From Bacteroidota bacterium (GTDB lineage Bacteria > Bacteroidota > Bacteroidia > UBA8524), in the NCBI GenBank assembly GCA_016124735.1, contig WGMZ01000031.1:121992-185991 (forward strand): a stretch of DNA of 64,000 bases, written 5' to 3'. Positions 49,508-59,039 of the stretch are shown in pieces. Made by a program: the position numbers and the translations under genes. The notes below the pieces were generated by a model. That model was not told where the DNA came from. It saw nothing but the letters and a program-made list of their open reading frames with translations, and did no database searches. Numbering within the stretch: the first letter of the stretch is position 1; the number at the start of each line of letters is the position of its first letter.

Positions 49508-51060
49508 TATCCTTTTCCTTTGAGTGAGACAATCGGTATCATCATCTCTTCCATAGAAATACCTCCATGCTGAAAGGTATCCCGATAATATTTCACGTAG
49601 TAATTGTAGTTATTCGGATACGCGAAAAATCCTTGTTCCTCTGCAAAGACATAGGCCGAGCTCACGTGCAGGCGGGGTAAAAATCCTTCTGCCGGATTCT
49701 TGATCTCAAAAACTTCCTTTCGGTCGTAGCTCAGATTCTTGCCTTGCTTATAACGCAAATTGGTATTGGTATTTTTATCGCCCACAATTTTAATTGGATC
49801 TTTGACCCGGACGGATCCGTGGTCTGTTGAAATAATCAATTTCACCTTTTTATCGCTGATGCGTTTAAGTGCTTCCAACAAAGGCGAATGCTCAAACCAA
49901 CTTAAAGTCACAGAGCGGTAGGCTGCCTCATCTTCCGACAACTCACGCATCAATGACACATCAGTACGGGCATGTGACAATGCATCCACGAAATTGTAAA
50001 CTATCACACTCAGGTCAAAATTCAGCATGTTCGGGATCTGGTCTACCAGGCTCTTACCTCCGTCCAGATTGGTTATTTTGGTATAGCTGAACTTTGTGCC
50101 TTTTCGGGTTCTGTTTAATTGATCTGCGAGAAAATCTTCTTCAAAATTGTTCTTCCCTCCCTCGTCTTCGTCGTTGCTCCACATCTTCGGAAACCGCTTT
50201 TCAATTTCTGAAGGCAGGAGGCCGGAAAAAATCGAATTCCGGCAGTATTGGGTGGTAGTTGGGAGAATACTCATATAAAGGTCTTCCTCCTCCACCGTAA
50301 AATATTCACTCAGCACCGGTTGTATCACTTTCCATTGATCAAAGCGCAGATTGTCAATCAAGAGAAAAACCACCGGGGTTTCACCGTCCACATGAGGAAG
50401 GATTTTACGGCGCATCAACTCATGACTCATCATCGGCGCTTTCGGATCCCGGTTATTGACGAAGTTAAGGTAGTTTTTCCGAACAAAATCCGACCAGTTA
50501 TGATTGGCCTCGGCCTTTTGCGTATTCAACACTTCATCCATCCCGGAATCTTTCGATGCACGAAGCTCCAGGTCCCAATACACCAACTTCCGGTACATTC
50601 CTTTCCACGCCTCGAAATCCAAATCATCCATAAAAGCCATGGAGATATTGCGGAAATCCTGCTGGTATCCCTGGGCCGTCTTTTCGGAGATGAGACGTTT
50701 GTTATCGACTATCTTTTTAATGGTCAGCAAAATCTGATTCGGATTCACCGGTTTGATCAGGTAATCGGCAATTTTAGAACCGATGGCCTCCTCCATGATG
50801 TATTCCTCTTCACTTTTGGTAATCATCACCACGGGCACGTCGTTCATGGCTTCTTTGATTCGACTCAGTGTTTCCAGTCCGCTTAAGCCCGGCATGTTCT
50901 CATCTAAAAAGATGACATCGAAGCGCTTTTTCTGAACTTCATCCACCGCATCAAGACCACTGTTTACGGTGGTTAAATCGTATCCTTTTCCTTGCAGAAA
51001 GAGAATATGGGGTTTCAATAAATCGATTTCGTCGTCAGCCCAGAGTATTTTAATTGCCAT
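49507..51060 (-). CDS. porX: T9SS response regulator with PglZ/alkaline-phosphatase domain
   Basis: ILWADDEIDLLKPH receiver, LDENMPG, IDNLRFDQW, TDHG, FQHGG; next to tsaE. Confidence 0.93.
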   Translation of the reverse strand: MAIKILWADDEIDLLKPHILFLQGKGYDLTTVNSGLDAVDEVQKKRFDVIFLDENMPGLSGLETLSRIKEAMNDVPVVMITKSEEEYIMEEAIGSKIADYLIKPVNPNQILLTIKKIVDNKRLISEKTAQGYQQDFRNISMAFMDDLDFEAWKGMYRKLVYWDLELRASKDSGMDEVLNTQKAEANHNWSDFVRKNYLNFVNNRDPKAPMMSHELMRRKILPHVDGETPVVFLLIDNLRFDQWKVIQPVLSEYFTVEEEDLYMSILPTTTQYCRNSIFSGLLPSEIEKRFPKMWSNDEDEGGKNNFEEDFLADQLNRTRKGTKFSYTKITNLDGGKSLVDQIPNMLNFDLSVIVYNFVDALSHARTDVSLMRELSEDEAAYRSVTLSWFEHSPLLEALKRISDKKVKLIISTDHGSVRVKDPIKIVGDKNTNTNLRYKQGKNLSYDRKEVFEIKNPAEGFLPRLHVSSAYVFAEEQGFFAYPNNYNYYVKYYRDTFQHGGISMEEMMIPIVSLKGKG

Positions 51061-51248
51061 AGTTAGTGTAACGCATGAATCCCGTTTTCCTTACGCAAAG
51101 GTGGGAAAATATAATGGAAGACCATAGACCATGGTAGATGTTCCATAGCTCAATTGGCTCAAATCACTTATTCCGTAATTATTTCATGATTCTCCACTTT
51201 ATCTGCATTTTGCCCAAGATGGGGATCATCCTATTTCTTTTTATTGTA

Positions 51249-51312
51249 TGTTCATTTTGTCTTGATGTTTCGACTTGGCTCAGCATAAATTCCAAATGAA
51301 AGAAAAAATCAA
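51249..51312 (+). repeat. Dispersed 64-bp structured element, copy 1
   Basis: 58/64 identical to 60968-61031. Confidence 0.85.
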
Positions 51313-51497
51313 TTTCTTAAAGACTGTGATGTGATCTTTAGCTGGCGCAAGTATTAGGGGCCTGGCTTCCGTCCAGAAATCTATCGGGAGGGCACACCTG
51401 CGGTCTGACGGAGCATTGCAAGCCTGCCAGCATCCGGTTCATTGGAGGAATTGTTTCTCTCAGATAAACCCAATTTGCCGTAAATTCGCTGCCTGCT

Positions 51498-52715
51498 TTG
51501 AATAAAAGAAAAAACATCAACGACCCGCTTTACGGATTTCTCACCCTTCCCTACGACATCCTTTTCGATCTGATTGAACATCCCTACTTTCAGCGATTGC
51601 GGCGGATTCGTCAGATGGGAATGAGCCACCTGGTTTTTCCCGGAGCCAACCATACCCGTTTTCACCATGCGCTGGGTGCCCTATTCCTGATGAACGAAGC
51701 GTTGAAAAACCTGCGCGATAAAGATGTGGAAATAACCGATGACGAAGCCGAAGGGGCCTGTATCGCGATCTTATTGCATGATATAGGTCATGGACCATTT
51801 TCGCATACCCTGGAAAGAACCATCGTGAGCGGTGTGCACCACGAAGACATCTCGCTGGCCATGATGGAGCAGATGAATGTGGATTTCAAGGGGCGACTGG
51901 ATACGGCCATTGCCATATTCACCGACAAATACCCGAAGCATTTTTTACATCAATTGGTCAGCTCACAACTAGACATGGATCGCCTGGATTACCTACTCCG
52001 CGATAGTTTTTACTCGGGTGTTTCTGAAGGGGTGGTTAGCTCCGACCGCATTATCAAAATGCTGTATGTAGTGAATGATGAGTTGGTGGTGGAAGAGAAA
52101 GGGATTTATTCCATCGAGAAATTCATCATTGCCAGAAGATTGATGTATTGGCAGGTCTATCTCCATAAAACAGTTGTGGCTGCCGAAGAATTACTCCTGA
52201 AGATTCTGGAGCGGGCCAAAGAACTGGCCTCCAAAGGGGAAGAGTTATTCTGCACTCCCGATTTTCATTACTTCCTGTACGATCACAGTGAAAAAGAAGA
52301 TTTCGTGCATCGACGGGATTTACTGAATCGTTTTTCATTGTTAGATGATAATGATGTGATGAGTTCCATCAAAGTTTGGATGAGCCATTCCGACAAAGTG
52401 CTGAGTATTCTATGCGAAAACCTGATCAATCGTCATCTGCCTAAAATAAGGGTGGAACGCAGTACGATTCCCAGAGAGGAGATTCAGAAACATCGCGAAA
52501 AGATGATGAAAAGGTTAAATCTCAGCGAATCGGAATCGCGCTATTTTGTCTATTCCGGAAAACTGGAAAACAAGGCCTACGATACGCAAAGCCGCGGAAT
52601 CTCTCTTTTGATGAAGAGTGGTGAGGTAGTGGATATCGCTGAAGCTTCCGATAATTACAACTTGAAGGCCCTGAAAGGCAGTGTACTCAAGCACTTTCTT
52701 TGTTATTACAAATAG
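51498..52715 (+). CDS. HD-domain phosphohydrolase, dNTPase-like (TTG start)
   Basis: FQRLRRIRQ, HTRFHH, LLHDIGHGPFSH, DMDRLDY. Confidence 0.93.
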   Translation: MNKRKNINDPLYGFLTLPYDILFDLIEHPYFQRLRRIRQMGMSHLVFPGANHTRFHHALGALFLMNEALKNLRDKDVEITDDEAEGACIAILLHDIGHGPFSHTLERTIVSGVHHEDISLAMMEQMNVDFKGRLDTAIAIFTDKYPKHFLHQLVSSQLDMDRLDYLLRDSFYSGVSEGVVSSDRIIKMLYVVNDELVVEEKGIYSIEKFIIARRLMYWQVYLHKTVVAAEELLLKILERAKELASKGEELFCTPDFHYFLYDHSEKEDFVHRRDLLNRFSLLDDNDVMSSIKVWMSHSDKVLSILCENLINRHLPKIRVERSTIPREEIQKHREKMMKRLNLSESESRYFVYSGKLENKAYDTQSRGISLLMKSGEVVDIAEASDNYNLKALKGSVLKHFLCYYK

Positions 52716-52736
52716 CTAACTTGCACACGATTTTCT

Positions 52737-53789
52737 ATGCAAATTACTGCCGAAGCATTATGCCAACTCCTGAACGGCACCCTGGAAGGGGATGCCCGGG
52801 CCGTAGTGGATTCTGTAGCCAAGATTGAAGAAGGCCATTCACACTCGCTCTCCTTTCTTGCCAATCCAAAATACGAAGAGTTTCTCTATACCACCGAGTC
52901 AGGAATCGTTTTGGTTTCCAAGGATTTTAAACCCAGCAAACCCGTTCGCACCACCCTTGTTCGTGTAGATGACCCTTATGTAGCATTCACTGCCATCTTA
53001 AGCGAATACGTTGCGCAAATCAACAATAAATCAGGTATTGAAGAACCTTCCTTTATCGGAGAGAATAGCGAAGTAGGAGAAGGGATCTATCTTGGCGCAT
53101 TTGCCTATATCGGCAAAAACTGCCGCATCGGGAAAAACGTAAAAATCTATCCGAATTGTGTGATTGGCGATAATGTGGAAATTGGCGACAATACGATCCT
53201 TTATCCCAATGTAACCGTCTATCTGCACTGTAAAATCGGCGCTAACTGCATCCTTCATTCCGGGGTGGTGGTTGGATCAGATGGATTTGGTTTTGCACCC
53301 CAAACGGATGGAAGCTATGCCAAGATACCGCAAACCGGAAATGTAGTAATAGAAGATGAGGTGGAAATTGGTGCCAATACCTGCCTCGACCGGGCAACCA
53401 TGGGCAGCACCATTGTCCGCAAAGGAGCGAAGCTTGATAACCTGGTCCAGATTGCCCACAATGTAGAGGTGGGGGAGAATACGGTCATCGCAGGCGCCAC
53501 GGCCGTAGCCGGAAGCACCAAACTCGGTAAGAACATGGTTGTAGGCGGACAAGTAGGTATTGCCGGTCATATTCAGTTGGCCGACGGGACTAAAATTGCT
53601 GCTCAATCGGGAATACTCAGCACCATCAAAGAACCCGGAAAAAACATGATGGGCTCTCCCGCGTTTGAATTCAAACAATATTTTAAATCGCAGGCAGTTT
53701 TCCGAAATTTGCCGGAGTTAGATAAACGTGTTCATGATCTGCAACAGGAGCTCGATGCGCTTAAAGTAGCAATGAACGAAAATAAATAG
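52737..53789 (+). CDS. lpxD: UDP-3-O-acylglucosamine N-acyltransferase
   Basis: FLANPKY, hexapeptide repeats, GSDGFGF, DNLVQIAHNV. Confidence 0.97.
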   Translation: MQITAEALCQLLNGTLEGDARAVVDSVAKIEEGHSHSLSFLANPKYEEFLYTTESGIVLVSKDFKPSKPVRTTLVRVDDPYVAFTAILSEYVAQINNKSGIEEPSFIGENSEVGEGIYLGAFAYIGKNCRIGKNVKIYPNCVIGDNVEIGDNTILYPNVTVYLHCKIGANCILHSGVVVGSDGFGFAPQTDGSYAKIPQTGNVVIEDEVEIGANTCLDRATMGSTIVRKGAKLDNLVQIAHNVEVGENTVIAGATAVAGSTKLGKNMVVGGQVGIAGHIQLADGTKIAAQSGILSTIKEPGKNMMGSPAFEFKQYFKSQAVFRNLPELDKRVHDLQQELDALKVAMNENK

Positions 53790-53792
53790 ACT

Positions 53793-55214
53793 GTGAAACA
53801 GACAACACTCAAAGAACCCATTGAATTTCGTGGGGTGGGGCTCCATACCGGAGCAGAGAATGTGATGACGGTTTTGCCGGCACCCGAAAATCATGGCTAT
53901 AAATTCCAGCGTATGGACGCAGAAGGCCAGCCGATAATCGAAGCCGATTGTGATTTGGTAGTGGATACATCCCGCGGAACCACGCTCGAAAAGCACGGTG
54001 CCCGTGTTTATACCGTAGAACATATCCTGGCTGCTCTGGCAGGATCAGAAATCGACAATGCCCTGATTCAACTCACAGGTCCGGAAATTCCAATCATGGA
54101 TGGAAGTTCGGAAATATTCATCAGAGAAATAATGCGTGTGGGAACGGTTGAACAAGATGCGGACAGGGAATATTTTGCTATTCCTCAAAACATCCGTTAT
54201 ACCGAAGAAGAAAGAGGTGTTGATATGGTCGCCATGCAGCTGGATGATTATCGTCTGACAGTAATGGTTGATTATAATTCTCCCGTATTGGGTAGCCAAC
54301 ACGCTTCCATTACCAGTCTGAAAGAATTTAAAGATGAAGTAGCACCAAGCCGCACCTTCTGCTTCCTGCATGAGTTGGAACAGCTTCTGGAAGCCAACCT
54401 CATCAAAGGAGGCGACTTGAACAATGCAATAGTTATAGTGGATCGAGTGGTAGAACCCGGAGAGCTGGCACATCTCGCTTCCCTCTTTAATAAACCCACG
54501 GTCGAAGTTCGGAAAGAAGGCATCCTGAACAATGTTGACCTTCGTTTCCAGAACGAGCCGGCACGGCATAAATTGCTCGACCTCATTGGCGATCTGGCTC
54601 TAATCGGAATGCCAATCAAAGCACAAATCATGGCTGCGCGTCCAGGGCATGCCGCCAACGTGGCGTTTGCTAAAAAGATCAAAGCCATGATCAAAAAGAG
54701 GAAAGCCAAGGCCAATGTTCCTCACTATGATCCGAACAAAAAACCTGTTCTCGATCACGTTGCCATTTCAAACCTCCTGCCCCATAAGTTTCCATTCTTG
54801 TTGGTAGACAAGGTAATTGAGCTGAGTAGCAACCATGTGGTGGCTGTAAAAAATGTCACTGCCGATCAGTATTTCTTTCCAGGCCACTTTCCAAATAACC
54901 CAATCATGCCTGGAGTTCTCATGGTAGAAACCATGGCGCAGGCAGGCGGTGTATTGGTTTTAAGTGATGTGCCAGATCCCGAAAATTACAGCACCTATTT
55001 TATGAAAATAGATAATGTACGGTTCAAAGACAAAGTTGTTCCGGGCGACACCCTGGTTTTAAGATTGGAACTAACCGCTCCTATTCGCAGAGGTGTGTGT
55101 ATGATGAAAGGAATCGGATATGTCGGAGATAAAGCTGTAATTGAAGCAGAAATGATGGCACAAGTAATACGCGACAGAGCACCGGCAGACGAACCAGGAA
55201 CTCCATCCGCTTGA
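53793..55214 (+). CDS. lpxC: Bifunctional LpxC/FabZ
   Basis: [24 protein letters not shown], then [11 protein letters not shown] and GHFP (FabZ domain). Confidence 0.97.
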   Translation: MKQTTLKEPIEFRGVGLHTGAENVMTVLPAPENHGYKFQRMDAEGQPIIEADCDLVVDTSRGTTLEKHGARVYTVEHILAALAGSEIDNALIQLTGPEIPIMDGSSEIFIREIMRVGTVEQDADREYFAIPQNIRYTEEERGVDMVAMQLDDYRLTVMVDYNSPVLGSQHASITSLKEFKDEVAPSRTFCFLHELEQLLEANLIKGGDLNNAIVIVDRVVEPGELAHLASLFNKPTVEVRKEGILNNVDLRFQNEPARHKLLDLIGDLALIGMPIKAQIMAARPGHAANVAFAKKIKAMIKKRKAKANVPHYDPNKKPVLDHVAISNLLPHKFPFLLVDKVIELSSNHVVAVKNVTADQYFFPGHFPNNPIMPGVLMVETMAQAGGVLVLSDVPDPENYSTYFMKIDNVRFKDKVVPGDTLVLRLELTAPIRRGVCMMKGIGYVGDKAVIEAEMMAQVIRDRAPADEPGTPSA

Positions 55215-55237
55215 TATAAACCAAAAAGAAAAGGAAA

Positions 55238-56029
55238 ATGATTCAACCCCTTGCTTACGTAGATCCACAGGCAAAGATTGCCGACAATGTGGTGATTGAG
55301 CCCTTTGTGACGATACATAAGAATGTACAGATCGGCGAAGGCACCTGGATTGGTTCCAATGTAACCATTTTTGAAGGTGCCCGCATTGGAAAAAACTGCA
55401 AAATTTTTCCAGGAGCCGTCATATCTGCCGCACCACAGGATCTGAAATACAAAGGAGAAGAAACAACCCTGGAAATAGGCGATAATACGGTTATACGTGA
55501 GTGCGTAACCCTCAACAAAGGAACAGCTCTGGACAAAAATAAAACCGTCATTGGCTCCAATTGCCTTATCATGGCTTATGTCCACGTGGGGCACGATTGT
55601 ATCATTGGAGACAATGTTATTATTGCGAACAGTGTGCAATTGGCGGGACATATCGAAGTGCAGGATTTTGTTTACATCGCCGGAACCACAGCTGTTCATC
55701 AGTTTGTGAAAATCGGAGCCCATTCCATGGTAGCAGGTGGTTCTCTTGTTAGAAAAGACGTTCCTCCCTACACCAAGGCCGGACGCGAGCCAATTTCTTA
55801 TGAAGGCGTAAACTCCATCGGTCTGCGCCGAAGAGGGTTTAGCCCGGAGAAGATTTCCGAAATACAGGAGATTTACCGAATTCTCTATTTACGCGGACAC
55901 AACAACTCCAAAGCCATGGGCATCATTGAAAAAGAGATGGAACCCACCAAAGAACGTGACGAAATTCTGAGCTTTATCAAGGAATCCGACCGGGGAGTAA
56001 TGAAAGGTTATATCTCCCGAAGGGATTAA
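55238..56029 (+). CDS. lpxA: UDP-N-acetylglucosamine O-acyltransferase
   Basis: PQDLKY, HVGHDC, LAGH, VHQF, GLRRRGF. Confidence 0.97.
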   Translation: MIQPLAYVDPQAKIADNVVIEPFVTIHKNVQIGEGTWIGSNVTIFEGARIGKNCKIFPGAVISAAPQDLKYKGEETTLEIGDNTVIRECVTLNKGTALDKNKTVIGSNCLIMAYVHVGHDCIIGDNVIIANSVQLAGHIEVQDFVYIAGTTAVHQFVKIGAHSMVAGGSLVRKDVPPYTKAGREPISYEGVNSIGLRRRGFSPEKISEIQEIYRILYLRGHNNSKAMGIIEKEMEPTKERDEILSFIKESDRGVMKGYISRRD

Positions 56030-56032
56030 AAA

Positions 56033-56659
56033 ATGGAAGCCTTTGAAATTCGTGTCGAAGGCGCAGGGAAAAAATTCGGACGCGACTGGATTTTCAAGGC
56101 CGTGAATGCCCAATTTTCCCTTGGCGAAAAAGTAGCCATTCTTGGACATAACGGTTCGGGGAAGAGCACTTTTCTTATGTCTCTTTCTGGCTTTTATGCC
56201 CTATCAAAAGGAAATATCTGTTGGTTTCAAACTGAAAAAAATATTGAAGATTTGAATTGGTACCAGCACTATGCTCTGATCTCTCCGCTGCTTGAACTTC
56301 CGGAAGATTTTACCATCGACGAATTCCTCGATCTCCATTTTCATCTGAAAAAGATGAAAGCCGGTTGGACCAAACAAAAAATGCTGGAACGTACAGGTTT
56401 AGAAAATGCCCGGCATAAGTATCTAAAGCACTTGTCTTCTGGCATGCGTCAGCGTCTTAAACTGCTTGCTGCATTTGTGCCGGACCTACCTGTCATCTTT
56501 CTGGATGAACCCTGCACCAACCTCGACGAGCATGGTATTTCCCTGTACAAGGAACTTATCACCGAATCCAAAGACCAGTTGATTCTGGTGGCGTCGAACA
56601 TGAAAGTGGAATACGAATTCTGCGAGCGGGTGATCGAGATGGAGGCGCTTCGGGCTTAG
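56033..56659 (+). CDS. Stand-alone ABC-family ATPase
   Basis: GHNGSGKS, LSSGM, VIFLDEP. Confidence 0.9.
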   Translation: MEAFEIRVEGAGKKFGRDWIFKAVNAQFSLGEKVAILGHNGSGKSTFLMSLSGFYALSKGNICWFQTEKNIEDLNWYQHYALISPLLELPEDFTIDEFLDLHFHLKKMKAGWTKQKMLERTGLENARHKYLKHLSSGMRQRLKLLAAFVPDLPVIFLDEPCTNLDEHGISLYKELITESKDQLILVASNMKVEYEFCERVIEMEALRA

Positions 56660-56678
56660 TTTGCTTTTCGAGATTTTT

Positions 56679-57029
56679 AACGCAGGACGCAAAAAGGGAA
56701 TGCTGGCGCACAACGGAGACGCGGTTGTGTTTGACACTGATTGCAAATTCTTTGAAAAAAAATGAACGCAGAGGACGCAAAATGGGAATGCTGGCGCACA
56801 ACGGAGACGCAGTTGATTTTGCTCGCTCAAATTTAGACGCGGGGACGCAAAAGGTTAAGCTTGCGCCAGACGGAGACGCGGTTTTGATTGCCGATGAATA
56901 TTTCATCCCAATAAATATTCGACGCGGAGACGCGGTTGTGCTTGACTCTGATTAATTCTTCATTGAAATAAATTTTGACGTGGGGACGCAATAATTTAAA
57001 CGCCTGCGCCTGAAGAAGACGTAGTTGTG
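56679..57029 (+). repeat. Array of about 5 degenerate repeats upstream of the GxxExxY gene
   Basis: ACGC(A/G)G(A/G)GACGCA...GCG...ACGGAGACGC(G/A)GTT at 56679, 56765, 56836, 56921 (partial) and 56977. Confidence 0.88.
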
Positions 57030-57119
57030 TTAATGCGTTCCTTGTCAAAGTATGGTCAAAACAGTGTCATATTCAATCCGATGCATTGACCATTAGTTGA
57101 AACATATGGAAATTCCAGT

Positions 57120-57518
57120 ATGAATCAGTTGGATAAAGCTAAAATTGAAAACCGAATAGCTACCAAAATTATTGAAGCAGCATTCGAGGTTTATGATCAA
57201 CTTGGGCCAGGGTTAATGGAAAGTGCCTATTCTTATTGCTTGATGTTGGAATTTAAAGAAAAAGGTTTGGCCTTTAAATCTGAACTGGCGTTACCCATTG
57301 AATATAAAAGCCACAAGCTAAACCATCATTACCGACTAGATTTTCTGGTCGAGGACAAAGTCGTAATCGAATTGAAAGCAACAGAATCGATTCATGAAGT
57401 GCATTATGCGCAACTGTTAACCTATTTGAAATTAAGTCGGCGTAAACTAGGACTATTGATCAACTTCCATTCTTCCTTCTTTAAATCAGGAATAAAACGA
57501 GTCGTCAACGGATTATAA
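57120..57518 (+). CDS. GxxExxY protein (PD-(D/E)xK nuclease superfamily)
   Basis: LGPGLMESAY, RLDFLVEDKVVIELKA, AQLLTYL, GLLINF. Confidence 0.93.
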   Translation: MNQLDKAKIENRIATKIIEAAFEVYDQLGPGLMESAYSYCLMLEFKEKGLAFKSELALPIEYKSHKLNHHYRLDFLVEDKVVIELKATESIHEVHYAQLLTYLKLSRRKLGLLINFHSSFFKSGIKRVVNGL

Positions 57519-57537
57519 ATGACCCATCGAAAGAGAG

Positions 57538-57813
57538 AACTGCGCCTCCGTTGCGCGACAGCTTAATTCTCCTGCGTCTCCGTTAAAAATTCAAGCGATC
57601 ATGAATTTATCCGGGAAATAACTCTTTCTCACTATCAAAAAAACTGCGCCTCCGTCGTGCGACAGCCCAAATTATCCTGCGACTCCGCATTAACAATTCA
57701 AGCGAGCATAAATTTATCCGGGAAATAACTCTTTCTCACTATCAAAAAAACTGCGCCTCCGTCGGGCGTCAGCCTATAAACTTCTGCGACTCCGCGTCAA
57801 AAATTAGAGCGAG
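57538..57813 (-). repeat. Three repeats downstream of the GxxExxY gene, inverted relative to the upstream array
   Basis: AACTGCGCCTCCGT...CTGCG(T/A)CTCCG at 57538, 57642 and 57749. Confidence 0.9.
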
Positions 57814-57830
57814 TAAAGAAAATGAAGCGC

Positions 57831-59012
57831 TCAGTTACCGAGCTCCCGTAACGCCAGCCAGGCCATTAATCCAGCTCCAACAGGCAAGGCGTCTTCGTCG
57901 ATATCGAAGTTAGGGGTATGCACAGAAGCAGTGATTCCTTTCGCCTCGTTTCTCACTCCGAGCCGGTAGAAGGTAGCCGGCATTTCCTGGGAGTAATAGC
58001 TGAAATCTTCGGCAGCCATCCAGATATCGAGATCTTTTACATTCTCTTCTCCGAGGTATTCCTGCGCCCATTTTTTCGCATCCTGACTCAGACGGATATC
58101 GTTTTTGAGAAATGGATAACCGTGCTCAATTTTTACTTCGCAGGCACCGCCCATGGATTCGGCGATACCACTGGCCATTTTTTCAATCTTCTGCAGGGCC
58201 TCCGCTCTCCATGTTTCATCCAGTGTGCGGAAGGTTCCTTCCAACTTCACTTCGTTGGGGATGACATTGGTCGCGCCATTGGCAATCACTTTTCCGAAAG
58301 ATAAAACAGAAGGAACAATTGGAGCGGCATTTCTGCTCACGATCTGCTGAAGTCCGGTGATGATATTCGCGGCAATCAAAACCGGATCGATATTGAATTG
58401 GGGCATGGCACCATGTCCGCCTTTGCCTTTCACCGTCATGTAGATTTCATCGCAGCTGGCCATATAGAGGCCAGAGCGGAAACCAACAGTGCCCACGGGC
58501 AACAGTGGCATCACATGCTGACCGATGATGGTATCTACGTCTTCAATGGCTCCGTCCTGAATCATAAGAGAAGCGCCTCCCGGCATTTTTTCCTCACCGG
58601 GTTGGAAGATGAGTTTCACGGTTCCGTTCCACTCCTCTTTTGTTTCGTTTAAAATTTTTGCTGCCCCTAAGAGAGAGGTTGAATGTACATCATGACCGCA
58701 AGCGTGCATCACGCCGTTGTTCTTAGAACCATAACTCCGTCCATCTACCTCCTGAATAGGGAGTGCGTCCATATCGGCGCGTAAAGCTGTTGTCTTTCCG
58801 TTCTCTTTGCCCCGGATATAGGCCACAATTCCGGTATTGGCCGCATGTTCCAATTCGGTGATGCCCATTTCCCGCAATTGCTTTTCGATAAAGCGTTGGG
58901 TTTCGTATTCCTGAAAGGATAATTCCGGGTTTTGATGAATATGATGACGAATCGCACGGATTTCCTCGTGGATTTGCGCTGCGCGTTGTTTAATTTTGTC
59001 CTTCAAGCTCAT
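57831..59012 (-). CDS. M20D family amidohydrolase
   Basis: HQNPELSFQE, RADMDALP, MHACGHD, FQPGEE, AEDF. Confidence 0.95.
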   Translation of the reverse strand: MSLKDKIKQRAAQIHEEIRAIRHHIHQNPELSFQEYETQRFIEKQLREMGITELEHAANTGIVAYIRGKENGKTTALRADMDALPIQEVDGRSYGSKNNGVMHACGHDVHSTSLLGAAKILNETKEEWNGTVKLIFQPGEEKMPGGASLMIQDGAIEDVDTIIGQHVMPLLPVGTVGFRSGLYMASCDEIYMTVKGKGGHGAMPQFNIDPVLIAANIITGLQQIVSRNAAPIVPSVLSFGKVIANGATNVIPNEVKLEGTFRTLDETWRAEALQKIEKMASGIAESMGGACEVKIEHGYPFLKNDIRLSQDAKKWAQEYLGEENVKDLDIWMAAEDFSYYSQEMPATFYRLGVRNEAKGITASVHTPNFDIDEDALPVGAGLMAWLALRELGN

Positions 59013-59039
59013 GCAAAAACAAAGCTAAGGCTTTCTTTT

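Noticed and set aside
49507..51060. PglZ domain as a sign of BREX phage defence
   Set aside because: It is fused to a receiver domain in the usual porX-tsaE context, with no brx genes.
54995..55723. Long antisense ORFs (also 50248-50886, 60192-60890, 20957-21463)
   Set aside because: Shadow frames opposite well-supported genes, with no recognisable motifs.
56486..57048. Short ORFs across the repeat array (ASPLCASI repeats)
   Set aside because: They are translations of the DNA repeat in several overlapping frames, with no coding signature.
56679..57813. CRISPR array
   Set aside because: Repeats are degenerate and irregularly spaced, two linkers are near identical rather than unique spacers, and there are no cas genes.
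58932..59039. N-terminal extension of dnaG in the ORF track
   Set aside because: It overlaps the M20 gene on the other strand; primase similarity begins at ATG 59040.
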